DNA from: an uncultured Ignavibacteriota bacterium
Lineage (GTDB): Bacteria; Bacteroidota; Ignavibacteria; UBA10030; UBA8401
Assembly: GCA_903884005.1 (NCBI GenBank)
Contig: CAISDA010000004.1
Location: 46,218-110,217, forward strand
Length of the DNA: 64,000 nt
Direction: 5' to 3'
Every line of letters begins with the position of its first letter. Position 1 is the first letter of the stretch. Of this stretch, positions 29,744 through 39,763 are shown piece by piece. The notes under the pieces were generated by a model, which was not told the origin of the DNA, did no database searches, and saw only the letters and a list, made by a program, of their open reading frames with translations. A program made the translations under genes and the position numbers.

Positions 29744-30340
29744 TCAGCGCAGGTGAATGTGGAGCGTCGCTTTCCATTCGCCGTGCGGTTGAAGGTCGGG
29801 GCTTACTTCAAAATTAAACAAACTTGCATCCACATACGCATCGACGAGCGTGAGCACGTACGTGATTGCCAGATACCATCCGAACGTATTGCGCTGCGAA
29901 AAATAAAAATCGCGCTGTTTCTTCAGTCCTGTAATGCCTTCTGTGTTGGTGGAATCGACGGATGCCGCATACTCACTGCGGAAGAACTGATACTGCGTAT
30001 TCTGGTCGCGGTAGACGGAGTAGAAATAGGCGCCAAATCCCCACACGACCGGAGCCTTCCAGTACGACTCATTGTAGATCTGTCCGGCTCCCGGCAGCAC
30101 CATCGATGCAAGCATGGCAACGGTGGCCGATTTCTTTTTACGGAACACAGTATCAGACGATGCGGTGCGGGCGGCGATGAGGGAATCTTCGTTCCACCGG
30201 ATCACCGTGTCCTGCCGAACGGACATCGACGGCGCCGACGGCATTGCCGCAGGCGCCGCCTTTCGTTCTGCCGTCTGTGCGCACAAAAGAAACGGCGCGC
30301 ACACGCACACTATCATCACTCGAAATACATTCACTCTCAT
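29744..30340 (-). CDS. DUF5683-like membrane/periplasmic protein
   Basis: Signal peptide, then SMVLPGAGQIYNESYWKAPVVWGFGAYFYSVYRDQ. This family commonly sits beside parB in Bacteroidota-like genomes (from memory). Confidence 0.65.
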   Translation of the reverse strand: MRVNVFRVMIVCVCAPFLLCAQTAERKAAPAAMPSAPSMSVRQDTVIRWNEDSLIAARTASSDTVFRKKKSATVAMLASMVLPGAGQIYNESYWKAPVVWGFGAYFYSVYRDQNTQYQFFRSEYAASVDSTNTEGITGLKKQRDFYFSQRNTFGWYLAITYVLTLVDAYVDASLFNFEVSPDLQPHGEWKATLHIHLR

Positions 30341-30403
30341 TCCTCGCGTTCGGTGACTGCGGCCGGATGCGTGTGCAGTTTTGTGGATACGGCACGGATC
30401 ATA

Positions 30404-30787
30404 TCAATCGACGACCGCGATCGCTTCAATTTCGACGAGCACATCTTTCGGCAGACGTGCAACTTCAACCGCCGACCGGGCGGGAGATGCTTCGCCAAAA
30501 TACGTTCCGTACACTTCATTCATCGCGGCAAAGTCGCTCATATTTTTCAGGAAGACCGTCGTCTTCACGACATTCTTCATGGAGGTTTTCGCCTCTGTCA
30601 GGACGGCTTGTAAATTTTCACACGCCTGTTTCGTCTGTTCGGCAACCGTCACGCCGGCCACCAGTCCGGTCGCCGGATCGAGCGCGATCTGGCCGGCGGT
30701 GAATACAAGCTGTCCCTGGACGGCAATCGCCTGATTATAGGGGCCGATGGGAAGCGGTGCTTTGTCTGTTTTGATGATCGTTTTCAT
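30404..30787 (-). CDS. ridA: RidA/YjgF-family reactive-intermediate deaminase
   Basis: MKTIIKTDKAPLPIGPYNQAIAV...ARSAVEVARLPKDVLVEIEAIA. 127 aa from the internal ATG at 30787. Confidence 0.9.
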   Translation of the reverse strand: MKTIIKTDKAPLPIGPYNQAIAVQGQLVFTAGQIALDPATGLVAGVTVAEQTKQACENLQAVLTEAKTSMKNVVKTTVFLKNMSDFAAMNEVYGTYFGEASPARSAVEVARLPKDVLVEIEAIAVVD

Positions 30788-30864
30788 GGTATCCTTTAGT
30801 TGTTGGTGCCTGTGTGTGATGTAACGAAAAAAAATGCCATTCAAACTTCGAATGACATTTATAT

Positions 30865-31788
30865 TTACCGTTCCAAATATTCTATGACTCTGTCCAGGTC
30901 GTCCGCATTATAATATTCGATCACGATTTCGCCGCCGCCGTTCGTGTTTTTTTTGATGGTCACCTTCGTGCCGATCTGCTGCCTCAGACGCGACTCGATC
31001 GGTTGAAATTCGGAACCACCGCGCGCAGCGGGAGACGATGACGACACCGATCCCGACGAACGCTTCACGACCGGGCCCTTAACCGCTTGTTCGATCTTTC
31101 TGACGGACCATCCTTCTTCAATAATTTTCAGATGAAGACGCTGCTGTACTTTTTCATCGCCGGCGCCAAGCAGCGCGCGCGCATGGCCCATCGAAATCTT
31201 GTTCTCGCGCACCGACTGTTGAATTGTATCGGGGAGCCGCAGCAACCGCAGAAAATTGACCACCGTGGTGCGGTCTTTGCCGACTTTCAGCGCTACGTCG
31301 TCGGCCTTGATCGCACATTCATCGATGAGCCGTTTGAAAGACACCGCGATCTCCATCGGGTTGAGATCGTCGCGCTGGAGGTTTTCGATGAGCCCGAGTT
31401 CCAGCATTTCGGCGTCGGACACGACGCTGATGATGTACGCGGGAATCGTATGAAGCCCGAGTTCAACCGATGCCCGCATGCGGCGCTCGCCGGACACCAA
31501 TTCATAACGGCCGTTCACCAGGCGCCGCACGGTCACGGGCTGTATGATCCCTTTTTCCTGAATCGATCGCTTGAGTTCTTCGAGGGCCTGAGGGTTAAAA
31601 TCGAGACGCGGCTGGTACGGATTGGGACTTATTCGTGCGATCTCGATGGACGAAATGCCTCCGCTGTCGCCGTTCTCCGGCAGCATCGGTGCGGCATACG
31701 ACATGGGAGCCGATGTCTCCGGCGGAGGCAGCAACGCCTGCAGGCCTCTTCCCAGCACAGACACTGTTTTAGACTTTATGATATCCAT
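30865..31788 (-). CDS. parB: Chromosome partitioning protein ParB
   Basis: ISPNPYQPR, QPVTVRR...YELVSGERRMRAS, LIENLQRDDLNPMEIA, and an HTH segment. Confidence 0.93.
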   Translation of the reverse strand: MDIIKSKTVSVLGRGLQALLPPPETSAPMSYAAPMLPENGDSGGISSIEIARISPNPYQPRLDFNPQALEELKRSIQEKGIIQPVTVRRLVNGRYELVSGERRMRASVELGLHTIPAYIISVVSDAEMLELGLIENLQRDDLNPMEIAVSFKRLIDECAIKADDVALKVGKDRTTVVNFLRLLRLPDTIQQSVRENKISMGHARALLGAGDEKVQQRLHLKIIEEGWSVRKIEQAVKGPVVKRSSGSVSSSSPAARGGSEFQPIESRLRQQIGTKVTIKKNTNGGGEIVIEYYNADDLDRVIEYLER

Positions 31789-31791
31789 AGA

Positions 31792-32616
31792 TCACGCCGC
31801 TGTTATCTGTTTCGATGCTTGCGTTCCCGCAGCCGGTTTTTTCTCTTCGGCCGCATGATGTCCCATGATCTCTTTCGCCAATTCCATATAATTCCGTGTG
31901 CCTGTCGAGAGCGCGTCGTACAGCAGGATCGGTTTGCCAAAACTCGGGGCCTCGCTCAAGCGCACATTGCGTGTGATGATCGTCGTGAACACTTTTTTTC
32001 CGAAATATTTTTTCACTTCTTCCACAATCTGGTTCGAGAGGCGCAACCGGGAATCGAACATGGTCATCAGCACGCCTTCGATATCGAGCGATGGATTGAA
32101 TGTCTTTTTCACCATATTGATCGTATTCAGGAGCTGGCCCAGGCCTTCAAGCGCATAATATTCGCATTGAACCGGGATCAACACGGCATCTGCCGCGGTC
32201 AGCGCATTGAGCGTGATCAGGCTGAGTGAGGGGGGACAGTCGATGACAATATATTTGTACTGCTGGCGCAGAGGCGCGAGAGCGGAGCGGAGCTTCTGTT
32301 CGCGCCGTCCTTCATTCACCATTTCGATGTCCGCGCCGACCAAATTGATATGCGAGGGAATGAGCGAAAGGAACGGCATTGCCGTCGGAACGACCGCTTC
32401 TGCCGCGGCAACATTGCCGATCAATACTTCATAGGTGGTCTTGCGCATTTCCTTGCTGTCCACACCAACGCCGCTCGTCGCATTCGCCTGCGGATCGATG
32501 TCGATCAGCAGCGTTGCCATTTCAGCCGCCGCAAACGACGCCGCAAGATTCACAGCAGTCGTGGTCTTCCCGACTCCGCCCTTCTGATTTGCTATGGCAA
32601 TAATTTTTCCCATCAA
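31792..32616 (-). CDS. parA: Chromosome partitioning ATPase ParA/Soj
   Basis: Deviant Walker [19 protein letters not shown]. About 250 aa core plus a ~20-aa tail, [22 protein letters not shown]. Confidence 0.93.
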   Translation of the reverse strand: MMGKIIAIANQKGGVGKTTTAVNLAASFAAAEMATLLIDIDPQANATSGVGVDSKEMRKTTYEVLIGNVAAAEAVVPTAMPFLSLIPSHINLVGADIEMVNEGRREQKLRSALAPLRQQYKYIVIDCPPSLSLITLNALTAADAVLIPVQCEYYALEGLGQLLNTINMVKKTFNPSLDIEGVLMTMFDSRLRLSNQIVEEVKKYFGKKVFTTIITRNVRLSEAPSFGKPILLYDALSTGTRNYMELAKEIMGHHAAEEKKPAAGTQASKQITAA

Positions 32617-32817
32617 ACTAGGCCGAAGTATCGTGTCTTCCCACAGTGCCGCACGCCCGATTCACGGCGCCTTTTCGTGGTGCTCTCTTTTTTTCCAGAA
32701 TTATCCTTTAATATAAATCTTTTCAAGTATGGATGCAATCAGATTGCTCGTTTTCGGAACGGGATTATTTTTTCTGCCCGCAGCGGGGAAGCGGAATGCC
32801 ACGCAGCCCCGTCTCGT

Positions 32818-32846
32818 CCGGTGCGGCCTTTTGCCAGCCGCACCGG
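32818..32846. other. 10-bp perfect inverted repeat downstream of the M13 peptidase gene
   Basis: CCGGTGCGGC-N9-GCCGCACCGG, 25 nt past the stop at 32871 on the minus strand. No adjacent T-run. Confidence 0.45.
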
Positions 32847-32870
32847 ATGTTCACGGCCTTCTCACGGATG

Positions 32871-34913
32871 TCACCAGATCTTTACCCGCACACTGTCCGC
32901 GCGCCACATTGCATCGCCCTTTTTCACATTGAATGCGGCATAAAACTCGGGCATATCCGATAACGGCCCGATCACACGCTGCTTGGCCGGCGAATGCTCG
33001 TTGCTGCGCACCTGGTTGGCGATCGCCTCGGGACGTTCGTTGATCATCCACGCCAGCGCATAGCCCAGGAAAAACCGCTGTGCCGCGGAAACACCGCCGA
33101 TCCGTTCATTCGCGCTGAACTGGCGGGTCTTCCGGAAGGCTTCATACCCCATCATGATGCCCCCCACATCGGCGATATTTTCGCCCTGCGTCAATTCCCC
33201 GTTCACATGCAGGCTGTCCACGGCAACATACTCGTTGAATTGCCTGACGATCAATGCCGTTTTTGAAAAAAACTTCACGCTGTCGTCGGCGGTCCACCAA
33301 TTGTTCAGGTTGCCGTTGTTATCGTATTTACATCCCTGATCATCGAATCCGTGCGTCATCTCGTGTCCGAACGTGGAACCGCCGATGATGGAATACAGCA
33401 GCGCATCGTCGGCAAGCGTGCGCTCATAACCGGGCACGATGATGTTGCACCCCGGCACCACGATCTCGTTGTTCGAGGGATTGTAGTACGCATTATATGT
33501 CTGCGGCTCCATGTCCCATTCCTTCCTGTCCACAGGTTTCCCGTATTTTGCGATCATGTAGCCGAACGCCCATGTATTTGCATTCATGATGTTCCGCACA
33601 TAGGACGATCGCCCGATCTGCATCGCCCGCATGTCCTTCCATGTATCGGGATAACCGACTTTCATGATCATGGATTCAAGTTTGGTGATCGCCTTCTCCT
33701 TCGTCGACGGGCTCATCCAGTCCAGCGCTTTGATCCGATCGGCATACACGCGTTTGATCGCAGTCCCGATCTCGAGCAATTTTCCCTTCGTGCCCTTCGG
33801 CAGATATTCGTCCACATACACCTGTCCGATCAATTCACCGAGCTGGCCGTCGGTTTGCTCCACCACGCGCTTCCATCGCGGCTTCGGCTCCTTCACGCCC
33901 CGGAGCACTCCGGAATAAAAATCGAACGATTCGCGATACGTCTTGTCGTCGAGCGCTCGGGCGAGGCTGCGCACGAGATTATTTTTCAGGTAATTCTTCC
34001 AGTCCTCAAGCGGGAACGAGGAAAGCAACCCGTTCACCGCCGATAAAAATTCAGGCTGGCCGACCACAACCGTATCGACCGGACCCAGGCCGACGCTGCG
34101 CGTAAAGAGCGCCCAATCGATAGAAGGGGTGCTCCCGGCCAACTGTGCGAACGAAATTTTATTATAATTTTTCAGCGGATCGCGCGTGTCCTCGCGTTTG
34201 CGGGAGGCTTGTGCAAGCGCCGTTTCCAGTTTCATAACGTTGACTGCGGCCTGCGCGGCATGAGGTCCATCATACCCCATGATGACGAACATCGCGCGGA
34301 GATGCGCAACGAATTTTTCGCGTATCGTCACGGCTCTGGCGTCGGTATCGAAATAGTAGTTCCGGTCGGGCAGGCTCAATCCGCCCTGGTGGATGAATAT
34401 CGCATTCTTGCTGCTGATCTTGTCATCCTGGCCCACGCCGAAGCCGAACATGGGGGCGCCGGCAACAACGTGAATGCGTGCCGCGGCGCTCACCAGGCCT
34501 TGCGTGCATGTGATCGTATCGATCAGAGTGATCTCGTCCCGCAGATCCGCCAGCCCTTTGGCATTGAGTGCGACACTGTCCATTCCCGTAAAATAAAAAT
34601 CGCCTATCTTTTGTTTTGTGCCGCCGGCGAGTGCGTCTGATGAGCGTGCAGACGTTTCACAGATCGTGCGGACCTGCGCATTGATCGTGTCCTGGATGAG
34701 CTGCCAGAGGCCGTTGCTTTGTTCACTTGCGGGGATGGGGTGTTCCTTGAACCACGTTCCGTTCGCATAGAGGAAAAAATCATCCCCCGGTTTCACTGAG
34801 GCGTCGATATGCGACATCAGGGGATCGGCCGCATGCCGTTGCGGTTTCGAACCCGCGAACGACAATGCAGCGGCGGTACACAACAAGGCAATGGTGAGAA
34901 GTATTTTTTTCAT
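32871..34913 (-). CDS. pepO: M13 family metallopeptidase (PepO / endothelin-converting-enzyme-like), secreted
   Basis: Signal peptide MKKILLTIALLCTAAALSFA, zinc motif GHEMTHGFDD, downstream GENIADVGG. Confidence 0.9.
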   Translation of the reverse strand: MKKILLTIALLCTAAALSFAGSKPQRHAADPLMSHIDASVKPGDDFFLYANGTWFKEHPIPASEQSNGLWQLIQDTINAQVRTICETSARSSDALAGGTKQKIGDFYFTGMDSVALNAKGLADLRDEITLIDTITCTQGLVSAAARIHVVAGAPMFGFGVGQDDKISSKNAIFIHQGGLSLPDRNYYFDTDARAVTIREKFVAHLRAMFVIMGYDGPHAAQAAVNVMKLETALAQASRKREDTRDPLKNYNKISFAQLAGSTPSIDWALFTRSVGLGPVDTVVVGQPEFLSAVNGLLSSFPLEDWKNYLKNNLVRSLARALDDKTYRESFDFYSGVLRGVKEPKPRWKRVVEQTDGQLGELIGQVYVDEYLPKGTKGKLLEIGTAIKRVYADRIKALDWMSPSTKEKAITKLESMIMKVGYPDTWKDMRAMQIGRSSYVRNIMNANTWAFGYMIAKYGKPVDRKEWDMEPQTYNAYYNPSNNEIVVPGCNIIVPGYERTLADDALLYSIIGGSTFGHEMTHGFDDQGCKYDNNGNLNNWWTADDSVKFFSKTALIVRQFNEYVAVDSLHVNGELTQGENIADVGGIMMGYEAFRKTRQFSANERIGGVSAAQRFFLGYALAWMINERPEAIANQVRSNEHSPAKQRVIGPLSDMPEFYAAFNVKKGDAMWRADSVRVKIW

Positions 34914-35025
34914 AGGAAGAGAAGGTTAAGTGAAATAGCGTTTCAACAGCACTTGCCTGGTGAGTTATGCAAACAGTACAGCACCTGCCTCTGCAATTTT
35001 TTTGTGGAGCAGATACACGGTGCTG

Positions 35026-36150
35026 TTATATGGTGATCTTCCTGTCCCGTGCGGGCATGGTCCAGCGGCCGTCGGCCGTATGGCCGGCCACGGTGACAGC
35101 TTCTTCGTATAAAGCGCACGTCGGACAGATATGATACGGTATTCCGTAGAAAATGTTTCCAATGGTGAACGGATGATCCGCCCCGGCCTCGACGACACAA
35201 TGTTCCTCGCTGTGTGAGATGACGGCGGCATCCGGTGCGTTCAAAAAATACAGCCGGTGCTGCAGATTCTTCTCCGATGCGACGCCTTTATATCCGACAT
35301 CAAGACAGAGCGTCGTCTTCGTGGGCAGCGAGACCACGCGTGTGATCACCAGTGCGGCGGGTACGAATGGCTGTTCAGGCAGCAGCGTCCCGTAACTTTT
35401 ATCCCAATAGATGAATGTACCGGGACTGCATTCGACGTCCGCCGTCTGCGCGTGGATCGGAAATGTCGGCGATCCGCCTGCTACAATAACGGGCATATCG
35501 CAGCCATCGTTGCGCAATTGCCGCCGCAGGGCACGCACGGGCTCGAACGCCGTTCGACATTCCAGCGTTCGCACGGCCGGATCGGCCGCTTGAAGGTGAC
35601 CGTCGTATGCGTGCAATCCGGCTGTCCGTATGCCCTCCATCGCGCTGCAGGCGTGATAGAGCGATGCCGCCTCCGGGCCCGGACGGATGCCCGTTCTGTT
35701 CATTCCCACGTTGAGGTCGATGTAGACGGGAAGGACCTTTTGATGCGAGGCAAAGACGCCGGCGATCGCCTGCGCTTCACATTGGTCGTCCACGAGGCAT
35801 GAAAAGACTGTCAGCGGGTACCGTTGGACGAGGTGCAGCACCCGGTGTATTTTAGGCCCGACCGGCTGATACGCAAGCAGCACGTCCGGCGCTCCCGCCT
35901 TCGCGAGCATTTCAGCTTCGGCTATTGTCGCGCATTTGAATTTTGTCACACCCTCCTGCAGCAGCACGGAGGTTGCTTCCGGCGATTTATGCGTCTTTGC
36001 ATGCGGCCGAAGAAGCGACACATCGCGGACCAGGCGCACTGCCGTCCGTATATTTTCCCGGACCCGGTCGGGATAGATCACCAGGGCGGGCGTATCGATC
36101 TCGCCGCTGTTGTCGATCGTGTACCATGGAGTGAGTTGATGAGCCGTCAT
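35026..36150 (-). CDS. D-threonine aldolase / D-serine dehydratase-like PLP enzyme (alanine-racemase-fold N-domain)
   Basis: 374 aa. IDTPALVIYPDRVRENI...LRPHAKTHKSPE (PLP-lysine context) and C-terminal HSEEH...ICPT, typical of the D-TA/DSD1 family. Confidence 0.7.
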   Translation of the reverse strand: MTAHQLTPWYTIDNSGEIDTPALVIYPDRVRENIRTAVRLVRDVSLLRPHAKTHKSPEATSVLLQEGVTKFKCATIAEAEMLAKAGAPDVLLAYQPVGPKIHRVLHLVQRYPLTVFSCLVDDQCEAQAIAGVFASHQKVLPVYIDLNVGMNRTGIRPGPEAASLYHACSAMEGIRTAGLHAYDGHLQAADPAVRTLECRTAFEPVRALRRQLRNDGCDMPVIVAGGSPTFPIHAQTADVECSPGTFIYWDKSYGTLLPEQPFVPAALVITRVVSLPTKTTLCLDVGYKGVASEKNLQHRLYFLNAPDAAVISHSEEHCVVEAGADHPFTIGNIFYGIPYHICPTCALYEEAVTVAGHTADGRWTMPARDRKITI

Positions 36151-37949
36151 ATCCGCTTGTGCGCTGTTGATGGTACGGCAGAAAGAGACTGCTCTGCCAC
36201 TTCACCATTGGCGCGCTCGCCGATCTGCTGGCGCCACATGGCGTAATACAATCCCTTGAGTTCGAGCAGCGATTCGTGCGCGCCCGATTCGACAATGCGG
36301 CCCTTCTCCAGCACGAAGATCTCGTCCGCATGGAGCACGGTGGAAAGCCGGTGCGCAATGAGTATGGTCATCAGTCCTGCGCGCCGCGACACATCCCGGA
36401 CGGTCGTGCTGATGTCCGCTTCGGTCAGCGAATCGAGCGACGACGTGGCCTCGTCGAAGACGAGCAGATCGGGATGCCGCAAGAGCGCGCGGGCGATCGA
36501 CAGACGCTGTTTCTCTCCGCCCGAAACTTTCACGCCGCCTTCTCCGATCACGGTGTCGAGGCCGTTATCGGCGCGAGCGAGCAGGTTATGGCAGGCCGCC
36601 TGGTCGAGCACGGCAAGGCATTCTGCATCGGTGGCTTTGGGATTGACGAAGAGCAGATTCTCCCTGATGGTGCCCGCGAACAGCTGCGTATCCTGCGTGA
36701 CAATGCCGATCCGTTCGCGCATCGTGTCGAGGTCCACCTGCGTGCCGGACACACCGTTATACAAGACACGTCCCTCTTCAGGCGTGTAGAGGCCGACGAG
36801 CAATTTCACGAGCGTGGTCTTCCCCGCGCCCGACGGGCCCACGAACGCCGCGGTTTTTCCTGCCCCCAGCGAGAACGACACCTGGGAGAGAGCGTGCGAC
36901 CGGCCCGAGCGGTGCGTGAAACTGACGTTCTCGAATGCGAGCGATTGGAGCGGTCCGATCTGCACCGGATCAACCGGCTTCGTTTCCGTCGGCGTGTTCA
37001 TGATCTCTTCAAAATTATGAAGCGACACTTCCGTCTCGCGGTACAGATTGATGCCGTTCCCGATCTCCTGCAGAGGGCCGAAGATGAAGAACGAATAGAT
37101 GAAGAGCGAAAAAAATTGTCCCACGGTGATCGTCTGCGTGAAGATCAGGTAGAGCATCAGGAACAAGATCGACGTCCTTAAAAAATTCACCATCGTGCCC
37201 TGAATGAAGCTCAGGCTGCGTATGTAGCGCACCTTTTTCAATTCAAGCACCAGGATCTTTTCGGTCGTCGCATTGAGCCTGCCGATCTCCTGCTGCGCCA
37301 GGCCGAGGCTCTTGACGAGCTCTATATTCCGGAGCGATTCGGTTGTCGCGCCGGCAAGGGCGGTGGTTTGGCCGACGATCACCCGTTGTATCGTTTTGAT
37401 TTTTTTGCTGAGCACTGAACTGAGTATGCCCAGAATAGGCACGGTGGAAAAATACACCACGACTATGATCCAATGGACGGAGAGCCCGTAAATGACAACG
37501 AAGGTCACGCCGATCATGGCGGTGAACACGATGTTGATGAGAAATGCGATGAGGCGTTCGACGTCCGTGCGGACCTTCTGGAGTTTGGCGAGTGATTCGC
37601 CGCTGCGCTGATCTTCGAACAGCATATACGGGAGTTCGAGAGAATGACGGATGCCGTCGGAATACAACTGCGCGCCGAGGCGCTGCGTGACGACATTGAT
37701 GTAATAATCCTGAAAATTTTTCGCGACCCTGGACACGAATGCCACGCCGACCGCGGCGCCCAGCAGCAGGCTCACTCCGCGGAAGAACTGTTCTGTCGTG
37801 TATTCCTTGAACCGCGTGGCATATTGATCGATCACGTAGCGGAAGATGAGCGGATCGAGCAGCGAAAAGATCTGGTTGATCGCAGCCAGGAGCAGGCTCA
37901 ATGCGATCAACGTGCGGTATTGTTTAAGATAACTATAGAGTGTTTTCAT
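36147..37949 (-). CDS. ABC exporter, fused transmembrane and ATPase domains (MsbA/type I exporter-like)
   Basis: 600 aa with 6 predicted TM helices, Walker A GPSGAGKTT, signature VSGGEKQRLSIARAL, Walker B LLVFDEATSSLD. Confidence 0.9.
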   Translation of the reverse strand: MKTLYSYLKQYRTLIALSLLLAAINQIFSLLDPLIFRYVIDQYATRFKEYTTEQFFRGVSLLLGAAVGVAFVSRVAKNFQDYYINVVTQRLGAQLYSDGIRHSLELPYMLFEDQRSGESLAKLQKVRTDVERLIAFLINIVFTAMIGVTFVVIYGLSVHWIIVVVYFSTVPILGILSSVLSKKIKTIQRVIVGQTTALAGATTESLRNIELVKSLGLAQQEIGRLNATTEKILVLELKKVRYIRSLSFIQGTMVNFLRTSILFLMLYLIFTQTITVGQFFSLFIYSFFIFGPLQEIGNGINLYRETEVSLHNFEEIMNTPTETKPVDPVQIGPLQSLAFENVSFTHRSGRSHALSQVSFSLGAGKTAAFVGPSGAGKTTLVKLLVGLYTPEEGRVLYNGVSGTQVDLDTMRERIGIVTQDTQLFAGTIRENLLFVNPKATDAECLAVLDQAACHNLLARADNGLDTVIGEGGVKVSGGEKQRLSIARALLRHPDLLVFDEATSSLDSLTEADISTTVRDVSRRAGLMTILIAHRLSTVLHADEIFVLEKGRIVESGAHESLLELKGLYYAMWRQQIGERANGEVAEQSLSAVPSTAHKRI

Positions 37950-37987
37950 TTTTCATTATTTGTAATTCAGCGTACACCCAAATCGAT

Positions 37988-38135
37988 GTCATCCTGAGGT
38001 ATGGCATCTTGGCATCGCCAAGAATCTTCTTGCATATGACAGTAGCACTCTGTCATTCTGAGCGCAAGCGAAGAATCTTGCGTCGTGATAGCAGCCGGCG
38101 AGATTCTTCAGTCGCTCGCGCTCCCTCAGACCGAC
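37988..38135. repeat. Intergenic composite repeat: three copies of a GTCNNYCTGAG...AAGAATCT unit (two direct, one inverted)
   Basis: GTCATCCTGAGG..CCAAGAATCTT (37988-38028). GTCATTCTGAGCGCAAGCGAAGAATCTT (38052-38079). Inverted copy GAGATTCTTCAGTCGCTCGCGCTCCCTCAGACCGAC (38100-38135). Confidence 0.7.
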
Positions 38136-38166
38136 ATGGAAGAGAGAGTACGGCAAGCAGTGATCA

Positions 38167-39093
38167 TTATTTAAATGCAGACTCACTCGTCAATCGATGG
38201 CCGCGCAGAAATTCCGCGGCGCTGAGGCGCTTCTTGCCTTCGAGCTGAAGTTCCAGGATCTCGACGGCATCTGCACCGGTGTGCACGAACAGCCTGCCCT
38301 CTGCCGTTAAGAGCGTGCCGGGAAGGCCGTTTTGCAGTGCTGCCTCGGCGAGCCGCGAACCGTACACTTTCACAACCTTGTCGTGCAGCGTCGTCCACGC
38401 AGCCGGATGCGGAGACAGCCCGCGTATAAAATTATGAATGGCAAGCGCAGGCCTGTCCCATGGAATTCGGCAGTCATCCTTGAATATTTTCGGCGCGGGG
38501 GACGTGAGCCGGTCGTCCTGCGGGACCAGCACGACACGGTGCTCTTCGATCATGCGGACGGTCTCGGCAACAGCAGACGCGCCGAGCGTCATGAGGGCGT
38601 CGTGAAGCTCTCCGGCGTTCATTGTGCCCGGCACCGGAATCGCTTTCTGGAGTATGATGTTTCCTGTGTCTACTTTTTCCTGCAGAAAGAATGTGGTCAC
38701 GCCAGACTCAGTGTCTCCATTGATGATGGCCCAATTGATGGGCGCAGCACCGCGGTATTTCGGCAGGAGTGATGCGTGGAGATTGAACGCGCCACGTGAC
38801 GGGATCGTGAACACCTCCTTCGGCAGGATGCGAAATGCGACGACGACGAACAGATCGGGTGCAAGCGCGCGGAGCGTGTCGGCGAACGACGGGTCGCGCA
38901 ACGTGTCGGGCTGCATCACCGGAAGCCCATGCGCGAGGGCGAACTCCTTCACCGGAGTGCACGAGACATGCTGTCCGCGACCGCGCGGCTTGTCCGGAGC
39001 GGTGACCACGGCGGCAATAGTGCAGCCCTGCTCCATGAGTATGCGAAGGCTCGGAACCGCAAACTCGGGCGTGCCCATGAAAACAATAGTCAT
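38167..39093 (-). CDS. fmt: Methionyl-tRNA formyltransferase
   Basis: MTIVFMGTPEFAVPSL and NLHASLLPKYRGAAPINWAI. Internal ATG at 39093 chosen. def-fmt synteny. Confidence 0.94.
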   Translation of the reverse strand: MTIVFMGTPEFAVPSLRILMEQGCTIAAVVTAPDKPRGRGQHVSCTPVKEFALAHGLPVMQPDTLRDPSFADTLRALAPDLFVVVAFRILPKEVFTIPSRGAFNLHASLLPKYRGAAPINWAIINGDTESGVTTFFLQEKVDTGNIILQKAIPVPGTMNAGELHDALMTLGASAVAETVRMIEEHRVVLVPQDDRLTSPAPKIFKDDCRIPWDRPALAIHNFIRGLSPHPAAWTTLHDKVVKVYGSRLAEAALQNGLPGTLLTAEGRLFVHTGADAVEILELQLEGKKRLSAAEFLRGHRLTSESAFK

Positions 39094-39172
39094 TGATCGC
39101 TCGTGAGCAGTGTATGGATAGCGAACGGGGCGAGAGGCATCCCGCATTCAACGAGATGACACCGTCGATGCT

Positions 39173-39733
39173 TCATCGCCGATGCTTCTTTTTTTCGACG
39201 ACGAATTCGTAATCGATATCGATATCGCCCTTTGAAATTTTTCGGAGCCGATTGCGGAGGAATGTCCGTTTGGCCGCGCTTAAATGGTCGACGAAGAGCA
39301 CGCCGTTGAGATGATCCATCTCATGCTGTATGACCCTGGCGAGCAATCCATCGGCCTCGAGCACCTTCACTTTCATAGATGCGTCATGATACCGGAGCTT
39401 GATCAATTGGGGACGCGTCACTGTTTCACGAATGTCCGGAATGCTCAAACATCCCTCTTCCATTTCCGACTCGCCGTCGTCTTCGATGATCTCGGGGTTG
39501 ATGATCGCGATCGGGTTGGGCGCGCTGTCGTCGTCGGCTCCCGAAATGTCCACCACCAGCAGCTGCTTGAGCACGCCGACCTGCGTTGCCGCCAGCCCGA
39601 TGCCGTTTGCCTCGTGCATCGTTTCGAGCATATCCTGGATCAGTGTAATATCGTCATCGGTCACCACGGTCATGCGAGGCGCCTTCTTTTTTAAGACGTC
39701 GCTGCCGTATAAATAGATGGGTAAAAGCGCCAC
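39173..39733 (-). CDS. def: Peptide deformylase
   Basis: The three PDF motifs GIGLAATQVG, EGCLS and QHEMDHLNG. Confidence 0.95.
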   Translation of the reverse strand: MALLPIYLYGSDVLKKKAPRMTVVTDDDITLIQDMLETMHEANGIGLAATQVGVLKQLLVVDISGADDDSAPNPIAIINPEIIEDDGESEMEEGCLSIPDIRETVTRPQLIKLRYHDASMKVKVLEADGLLARVIQHEMDHLNGVLFVDHLSAAKRTFLRNRLRKISKGDIDIDYEFVVEKKKHRR

Positions 39734-39763
39734 ATGAAACTCCGCATTCGTTGCGTGGAAACA

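Noticed and set aside
32617-32870. Candidate oriC next to parA.
   Set aside because: There is only a single imperfect DnaA-box-like 9-mer, no cluster of boxes, no clear AT-rich unwinding repeats, and no dnaA or dnaN nearby.
37940-38248. Small ORFs (102 aa on the plus strand; 37989..38186, 65 aa on the minus strand) inside the exporter-fmt intergenic region.
   Set aside because: They are generated by the GTCATYCTGAG/AAGAATCT repeat units and overlap the fmt 3' end. Such repeat-derived ORFs are typically not translated.
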